DNA from: Clostridia bacterium
GTDB lineage: Bacteria > Bacillota > Clostridia > Oscillospirales > CAG-272
Reading direction: 5' to 3'
NCBI GenBank assembly: GCA_017461745.1
Contig: JAFTXE010000105.1
Coordinates: 34,070-98,069 of the forward strand
DNA length: 64,000 nt
The notes under the pieces were generated by a model, which searched no databases, was not told the DNA's origin, and saw nothing but the letters and a program-made list of their open reading frames with translations. Shown piece by piece: positions 58,551-64,000 of the stretch. How positions within the stretch are numbered: position 1 is the stretch's first letter; each line of letters starts with the position of its first letter. Made by a program: the position numbers and the translations under genes.

Positions 58551-59102
58551 TTAAACGCTTGCGTATTCAGGTACGCTAACAACGCAATCTTTAAGCAATC
58601 CATCGTAAATAAGCTCGATTCCGCAGATGTGCGGAAAATCGTTGGGAAGCATCAAATACGGGTCCTTGGGTAACTCTATTTCCCGTGATTTTTCAAGAAT
58701 GATAGCTACGAATTGAGAACAGGTAAGACGGAATTTTCTTCTTATCCTTATGCCTATCGCCAAAGGTATCAAGCCTAAAAAATTATATTTCGCTTTTTTA
58801 TAATTGTCGAAGAAAAATGTAATTTCCTCCTTCATCTTCTCATATGCTTCATCAGAGACCTTCAATGCGTACATAGCGCAATGACAGTCAGGGTATTGCG
58901 CAAAGACCTCGGTGTGTATATTTTCGGTTATGAGCCCTGCCTTGAACGGATTTTTTATCTTACGTCGCGCATAGCTGTAAAGACAATCCGTCGAGGGCTT
59001 CAGTGACAGAGAAGTATGAGTAAACGTTCCACCCTTAAATATATGAATTATTCTTGCGGGAAGCGTTCCTGTCCTTGTCAGAAGAATGTATATCGTCTTC
59101 AA
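58551..59102 (-). CDS. hypothetical protein, possible permuted NlpC/P60-like (YiiX/YaeF-type) hydrolase
   Basis: His early (GGTFTHTSL) and Cys late (LTCSQFVA), as in permuted papain-like amidases. This resemblance is weak. I preferred the TTG start at 59102 after AAAGGAA; the track ATG at 59165 is the alternative. Confidence 0.45.
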   Translation of the reverse strand: MKTIYILLTRTGTLPARIIHIFKGGTFTHTSLSLKPSTDCLYSYARRKIKNPFKAGLITENIHTEVFAQYPDCHCAMYALKVSDEAYEKMKEEITFFFDNYKKAKYNFLGLIPLAIGIRIRRKFRLTCSQFVAIILEKSREIELPKDPYLMLPNDFPHICGIELIYDGLLKDCVVSVPEYASV

Positions 59103-59268
59103 AATAAATTCCTTTCGAAATTCATAGATGTTTATAATTGAATACCATAATCTATTATACCACATTTGATAATATTTTTCAATATTATATTTGCACTTTA
59201 TTGACTTTTTATCGGTTTCGTGATATAATTTTTAGTAAGCTAAGATAATGTCAAGAAATGGGGGCTTT

Positions 59269-60459
59269 ATGAATAATTTTTGGAAAAGAATATGGACCGA
59301 AATCAATCTTGACAATCTGATATATAATTTTAATTCAGTCAAATCAAGACTTAAAGATAGCACCCAAATTTGTTGTGTTGTCAAAGCTAACGCATACGGT
59401 CATCATGCGCCCCGTATTGCAAGCACCTTGGAAAAAGCAGGCGCTGATTGGTTTGCGGTTTCAAATATCGAGGAAGCACTACAGTTAAGACAAGAGGGAA
59501 TCACCAAACCCGTTCTTATACTTGGATATACACCCGTGGAATGTGCGTCTGTGCTCAGCGAAAACAATATTTCACAATGTATATTTTCATACGAATATGC
59601 ACTTGAAATGTCGCAATTCGCCGTCGCTTCAAATTGCAAAGTCAAGGCTCATATAAAAATAGATACGGGTATGGGTAGAATAGGCTTCCAATACAGTGAA
59701 AAGCAAAACGCTATCACCGAAATAAAAAAATGCTGTGAGCTTGACGGACTTTACGCAGAAGGCATTTTTACACATTTTGCCGTTTCGGATACGGGTGAGA
59801 GCGGAAAAGAATTTACTTACACGCAGTATCAAAAATTCATCGACATAGTTAAATCACTTGAAGAACAGGGAATACGCTTTGAATATAAGCATTGCGCGAA
59901 TAGCGGAGCGGCTATAGATTATCCCGAATTTCAGATGAATATGGTAAGAGCCGGAATAGTCTTATACGGTCTTTTACCTTCCAAGGATACTGCCTTTTCA
60001 TTGAGCTTGAAGCCCGTCATGTCACTTAAAACCGTAGTTTCATACGTGAAAGAGGTTGATGTTGGAACAACAGTAAGCTACGGTAGTGATTTTGTAGCTG
60101 ATAAAAAAATGAAAATCGCGACCGTTCCTATGGGATATGCTGACGGATTTTGGCGCTCAAACAGCAAAAATTCATTCGCAATGTTGATTAAAGGTCAGAA
60201 GGCTGATATAGTCGGAAGAATTTGTATGGACCAGTTGATGCTTGATGTCAGCGAGATAGCTGACGTAAAGGCAGGAGACGTTGTTACCGTTTTCGGGGAC
60301 GATGAGCTTATAAATACTGTTGATGACCTTGCAACCGCAAACAACACTATCAACTATGAAATATTATGCTCCGTGGGAAAACGAGTTCCGAGAGTATTTA
60401 TTTCAGACGGAAGGGTCGACGGTATTCATTTGGGAATTCTTGATACCACTGTTAATTAG
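59269..60459 (+). CDS. alr: alanine racemase
   Basis: PLP-lysine motif VVKANAYGHH and a C-terminal beta domain. Promoter TTGACT (59201-59206), 17 nt, TGATATAAT (TATAAT at 59224-59229). I preferred the ATG at 59269 (after GGGGG) to the one at 59248. Confidence 0.9.
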   Translation: MNNFWKRIWTEINLDNLIYNFNSVKSRLKDSTQICCVVKANAYGHHAPRIASTLEKAGADWFAVSNIEEALQLRQEGITKPVLILGYTPVECASVLSENNISQCIFSYEYALEMSQFAVASNCKVKAHIKIDTGMGRIGFQYSEKQNAITEIKKCCELDGLYAEGIFTHFAVSDTGESGKEFTYTQYQKFIDIVKSLEEQGIRFEYKHCANSGAAIDYPEFQMNMVRAGIVLYGLLPSKDTAFSLSLKPVMSLKTVVSYVKEVDVGTTVSYGSDFVADKKMKIATVPMGYADGFWRSNSKNSFAMLIKGQKADIVGRICMDQLMLDVSEIADVKAGDVVTVFGDDELINTVDDLATANNTINYEILCSVGKRVPRVFISDGRVDGIHLGILDTTVN

Positions 60460-60493
60460 AGTATGTAGTACATACAAATAATGTTAATATAAT

Positions 60494-60540
60494 AAAATCG
60501 GTATAAGTCAGATGTGTTGGCTTATACCGATTTTTATTAT
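60494..60540 (+). terminator. rho-independent terminator after alr
   Basis: AAAATCGGTATAAG / CTTATACCGATTTT stem followed by TATTAT. Confidence 0.8.
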
Positions 60541-60636
60541 ATTCTATCTTATGACCTTTTAAAGAATATCTGCATATGATGTTTATGAGAATGCAATTCA
60601 GCAGTCTCAAATTTTACAGAAAGGTTTTTATGTTAT

Positions 60637-60963
60637 ATGTATATGGATTTGGACAGCGTATTTGCCTGCTCAAGAGCAGAAAACAATACGCGTTGCAAAC
60701 GTTCGGGCGGTTGTTCAAATAACGGTTGCTCTTGCGAAAAAAGCGAAGCACCTGTAAGAATATCCGACGGCGCTTGCCAGAAAAAAAAGACTTGGGGTCT
60801 TGAAAACTACCCTTTAGCTTCCGTGTTTGCGCCTATGCAAAGCTTTGATAAAGTATTGGATAAGGATACGGCGTTAAGCAACGGAACTATGTTCGAGGAA
60901 CTCGTTTTGCCATTTATGGGCGAAAGCGTTTATAACGGTAAAGGAGGTAATTGCCGTGGTTGA
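60637..60963 (+). CDS. cotJA: spore coat-associated protein CotJA
   Basis: 108 aa. The C-terminal PLASVFAPMQSF...ALSNGTMFEELVLPF matches the CotJA signature. Confidence 0.8.
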   Translation: MYMDLDSVFACSRAENNTRCKRSGGCSNNGCSCEKSEAPVRISDGACQKKKTWGLENYPLASVFAPMQSFDKVLDKDTALSNGTMFEELVLPFMGESVYNGKGGNCRG

Positions 60964-61288
60964 CAGATATGCGGGAAGGGGAGCATTCAGAAATAATTCT
61001 TCATCTTGCTCCTCTTGTGGTTGTAACGATAACAAAGACTGCCAAAAGCTTAAACAGCGTTTGCAAGCAGTTGACTTTTCGCTGATAGATACCGTTCTTT
61101 ATCTGGACGCATATCCCGATTCCTGCGAAGCCTTGGGATATTATCATAAATTGAAAAAAGAACGTCAGATGCTTATGGAAGCATTATCTGAGAGCTGCAA
61201 TATGCCAATAACGAGCTTTGATAACGCAAGCACGGATTCATGGAATTGGACGGATAGTCCTTGGCCATGGGAGCCTGCTGCAAATTGA
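60956..61288 (+). CDS. cotJB: spore coat protein CotJB
   Basis: LQAVDFSLIDTVLYLDAYPDSCEALGYYHKL is typical of CotJB. GTG start 7 nt after GGAGGT, overlapping cotJA by 8 nt. Confidence 0.82.
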   Translation: MVDRYAGRGAFRNNSSSCSSCGCNDNKDCQKLKQRLQAVDFSLIDTVLYLDAYPDSCEALGYYHKLKKERQMLMEALSESCNMPITSFDNASTDSWNWTDSPWPWEPAAN

Positions 61289-61309
61289 TTTGAGAAAGGA
61301 AGAACTGAT

Positions 61310-61876
61310 ATGTGGATTTATGAAAAAAAGCTTGAATATCCCGTAAAAATAAAAAATCCCAATCCTCAGACGGCGCAGATAATCATTTCTCAGTTGGGCG
61401 GTCCCGACGGAGAGCTTGGCGCATCCATGAGATACTTACATCAGCGTTATTCTTGTCCTTATAGTAAGGTTACGGGAATTCTTACCGACGTAGGTACAGA
61501 AGAGCTTGCGCATCTTGAGATAGTAGCGGCAATACTGCATCAGCTCACGAGAAATCTCACACCTGAGCAGATAGCGGGTACACCGTTTGCTACGTACTTT
61601 GTCGATCATACCACGGGAATATATCCCGTTTCAGCGGCAGGAGTACCTTTTGATATAAAATATATCGCTTCAAAGGGCGACTTAATAACCGATCTTAACG
61701 AGGATCTGGCAGCAGATGCTGCAATACTGCAAGAGCAAACTTTATCAAAAAATCGCCGAAAGCCTTGTAAAAGAAGGATTTTTCGCACTTCGGCAAAACG
61801 CTCAAAATTTGCCACCCTGCTATCATATAAGAACAACATCAAGCATTTTTATCAAAAAATCAACTTAATTTATTAA
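61310..61876 (+). CDS. cotJC: CotJC (manganese-catalase family) with aberrant C-terminus
   Basis: MWIYEKKLEYPVKIKNPNP, GGPDGELGASMRYLHQRY and GTEELAHLE (first ExxH) are typical. The last ~55 aa are basic and low-complexity, and I could not see the second ExxH motif. Confidence 0.7.
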   Translation: MWIYEKKLEYPVKIKNPNPQTAQIIISQLGGPDGELGASMRYLHQRYSCPYSKVTGILTDVGTEELAHLEIVAAILHQLTRNLTPEQIAGTPFATYFVDHTTGIYPVSAAGVPFDIKYIASKGDLITDLNEDLAADAAILQEQTLSKNRRKPCKRRIFRTSAKRSKFATLLSYKNNIKHFYQKINLIY

Positions 61877-62088
61877 AAAATGATAAGGACAAGCTGTTTT
61901 CTCAAAGTAATAAAATATTCTTTTTCAAGGTAAAGCACATAAAGTTTTATTAAAAATCAAATCAGCGAAAAAAACAATAAAACAAGCGAAATATACTTGC
62001 ATTAAAATATCTTTTAACGTACAATAAAAGCAAGGGTAATCGACAGTTTGAAGTTTGGACTGATATCAAAAATTAAGGAGAAATTTTG

Positions 62089-62538
62089 ATGTATAAATGT
62101 ATTTTGCGGCGTTGAAATATCGTATATGGGAATTGACTTTTTGATATATGGCTTGGACAAAGCCTGGTACCTTGCGCACCCTGAAATAATGAATATGAAG
62201 AAAAAGGAAGAGCTTTTGTACTTTATGGCGCACGGTGCGTTGGTTATTCATGCGCATCCGTTCAGAGAAGACCCCATAACGATTATATCAGGTTGTTTCC
62301 AAGACAGGTTCACGGTGTTGAAATCGTCAACGCAAGTCGTTCCGATGATGTCAATGAAATGGCAAGACTTTATGCAGAGCATTATGGGCTTCTCTCATTT
62401 GCCGGTTCTGATAATCATTCGGGTAGCAGAATGAGAAATCTTGCAGGAATGTATTCGTCGAGAAAAATTGCAGATGAATAGGATTTTGTAAGGGAAATAT
62501 TGAACTGCGAGATGGCGATTTTTCACGATACGTATTAA
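62089..62538 (+). pseudogene. decayed PHP-domain phosphoesterase gene
   Basis: SD plus ATG (62089) gives only MYKCILRR before a stop. Homology resumes in another frame (FCGVEISYMGIDFLIYGLD...VIHAHPFRED). A frame switch occurs at the CCCC run 62272-62275 (...HNDYIRLFPRQVHGVEIVNA...AGSDNH). An in-frame TAG at 62479-62481 is followed by a further 18 sense codons (DFVREILNCEMAIFHDTY) and a TAA stop at 62536-62538. Confidence 0.7.
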
Positions 62539-62820
62539 AAAAAGCTCTTAAAGATATTATCTCTTCAGGAGCTTTTTGCTAATTTTGGTAAGAATAATGT
62601 GAGATTTTAATTGATTTACAAATTAAAATCAGCGAAAAATGTAAATATACAAGCGTTTTTTGCTTGTATTATAGACTTGTTGCATGGTACACTATTTAAG
62701 AGAATAGGGAAGTGTGCTCTAAACATTGTGGGAAAGGAGGACAAAATTCTTTTCAAGGAGATATGCTTCGCATCTTATTGCCGAAAAACAACATTATTTT
62801 TAGAAAGGAATGTATTAGAA

Positions 62821-64000
62821 ATGAAAAAACACAATTTTAATAAGATTTTATCATTTTTGCTCGTTGCTGTTATGCTTTCAAGTATAATTGTAATGACAAT
62901 CCCCGCAAGTGCGGATACGGGATATACCGAAATAACCCCGAATACAGATTTTACACATAATGGTATTACATATCGTTTTGACGTAAGAGACGGCAACACG
63001 GACAGCTATGCTCGTATCATGGCGGATGGTTCCATTGAGTTTAAGTATAGCTACGGAGACATACTTTGGTTTCCGGAAATTAAGATGACAGACACCTCTG
63101 CTATGCACGCTGAGGTAACCGCTATTGCTCACGACGGTGATGCGTCAGGAATGGGTAATGTGTTTATGGGTGTCGTTTATGGTGCTACCGAAAAGGCTGA
63201 TGGTTCTTTTGATAACGGTATTGCCGGCATTCTCAGAACAGCGGCACGTGCTCGAATTACCATACTTTCGCGTGATAACCTTACCAATAAGAACGGCGGT
63301 GACCACGGAAACGGTGGCGGCACCAAAATTTACAACGAGGGCGATTTCAAGGCTCATGAAAATTATGCTTCTGTAAAGAACGGCAATAATGACTGGGCAT
63401 TTGATAAGACTATCTCGTTTGATGTTAGCCGTGTAGATAATACAGCAACCTTTGCAATGAGCAGCGTTGACGGAGAGTTCTTTACACATAGCTATGATAC
63501 AAGCTCTTATGCTTATGCGGGTGCGATCGGCTGGACGAGTGTTTGGGCGAACAACGCAGGCTACAAAACCTTTAGATTTGATAAGCTTACCTTAACTAAC
63601 TGTACTGTTGAGAGTGAAGCTAAGGATAGCTACACAGTTCTTGAAAGACAGGCTCGTCCCATGGAGATGCTCAAGAACACTGTTGAATTTGAGGACGGAT
63701 ATGCGTTTGTAGACCTTGGATTTACCGTTGCGGCGGATTATGTCGCAGGATCCAGCTTTGTGGTTAAGATGAATGACACCGAGATTGAAAGAATGGCAAT
63801 CAGTGGACTTACATCTGATAACGGATCTTACTCTGAATCGATATATTTCGAGTACGCGGATAATAGCCAAACAACGGACACCCTGACGTTCTATCTTGAA
63901 AAGGACGGCAGCGCGGTTAATTTAACGTCCTCAACATTGAACATAGGCGAGCTTTACGATAGATATAAGAATAGTCCTGCCCTTATTACCAATGGGGATG
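62821..64000 (+). CDS. secreted protein of unknown function (3' end beyond window)
   Basis: Absent from the ORF track because it is open at the window edge. By hand translation the frame from ATG 62821 stays open to nt 64000. Signal peptide MKKHNFNKILSFLLVAVMLSSIIVMTIPASA followed by DTGYTEITPN. Confidence 0.7.
   Translation, partial: MKKHNFNKILSFLLVAVMLSSIIVMTIPASADTGYTEITPNTDFTHNGITYRFDVRDGNTDSYARIMADGSIEFKYSYGDILWFPEIKMTDTSAMHAEVTAIAHDGDASGMGNVFMGVVYGATEKADGSFDNGIAGILRTAARARITILSRDNLTNKNGGDHGNGGGTKIYNEGDFKAHENYASVKNGNNDWAFDKTISFDVSRVDNTATFAMSSVDGEFFTHSYDTSSYAYAGAIGWTSVWANNAGYKTFRFDKLTLTNCTVESEAKDSYTVLERQARPMEMLKNTVEFEDGYAFVDLGFTVAADYVAGSSFVVKMNDTEIERMAISGLTSDNGSYSESIYFEYADNSQTTDTLTFYLEKDGSAVNLTSSTLNIGELYDRYKNSPALITNGD

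Noticed and set aside
60553-60580. Possible sporulation-sigma promoter for cotJ (AC - 17 nt - CATATGAT)
   Set aside because: It matches only the loose sigma-K/sigma-E -10 pattern. I cannot distinguish it from background without a PWM and comparative data.
61959-62639. Shared 14-mer AAATCAGCGAAAAA (61959-61972 and 62626-62639), plus AAATATAC/CAAGCG fragments, flanking the PHP pseudogene
   Set aside because: The match is too short, too AT-rich and in a different internal order to call as a repeat or IS end. It may be chance or promoter-like sequence.

Overview
This 64-kb window comes from a low-GC, anaerobic, spore-forming Firmicute. It looks Clostridia-like: nrdDG, adhE, cotJABC, T-box leaders, and many near-consensus TTGACA-17-TATAAT promoters. 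The content is almost entirely core anabolic operons, mostly on the + strand. (1) A minus-strand nrdG-nrdD-trxB module with phased NrdR boxes. (2) A Na/Pi-PhoU transporter, an XRE regulator, a polytopic membrane protein, a degenerate M14 peptidase homolog and a BspA-type LRR protein. (3) A branched-chain amino-acid supercluster: ilvA-ridA / ilvB-ilvN-ilvC / coaX / ECF-S-ilvD-leuA-leuC-leuD-leuB-ilvE. It carries two intact T-box leaders plus an internally deleted copy of one of them. (4) A complete arginine operon, argG-H-C-J-B-D-F-carA-carB, behind an ARG-box array. (5) adhE plus an APH-fold kinase. (6) A Trp T-box driving an orphan trpB, followed by an AlkD-like gene. (7) A cobalamin riboswitch driving a DUF4430-like lipoprotein and an S-component-like membrane protein. 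(8) A ZTP riboswitch driving purE-purF(like)-purM-purN-purO(like)-purH(AICARFT only)-purD-purL. (9) A GH2 hydrolase, tRNA-Leu(CAA), alr, cotJABC, a decayed PHP-phosphoesterase pseudogene and a 3'-truncated secreted protein. I saw no CRISPR array, transposase, integrase, prophage or recognisable defence genes, so this is not an obvious accessory island. The unusual signals are domain-architecture and regulatory oddities inside housekeeping operons. CarB is fused in frame to a DapF-like domain that lacks the first catalytic cysteine. NrdD carries a C-terminal glutaredoxin-like domain and sits next to trxB. The PurF homolog has no N-terminal nucleophile Cys. An unassigned leader rich in self-complementarity precedes the ECF-S/ilvD operon. 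A promoter+terminator remnant of the ilvA T-box is duplicated in front of the LRR gene. All functional calls rest on motif recognition by eye; no database search was run.
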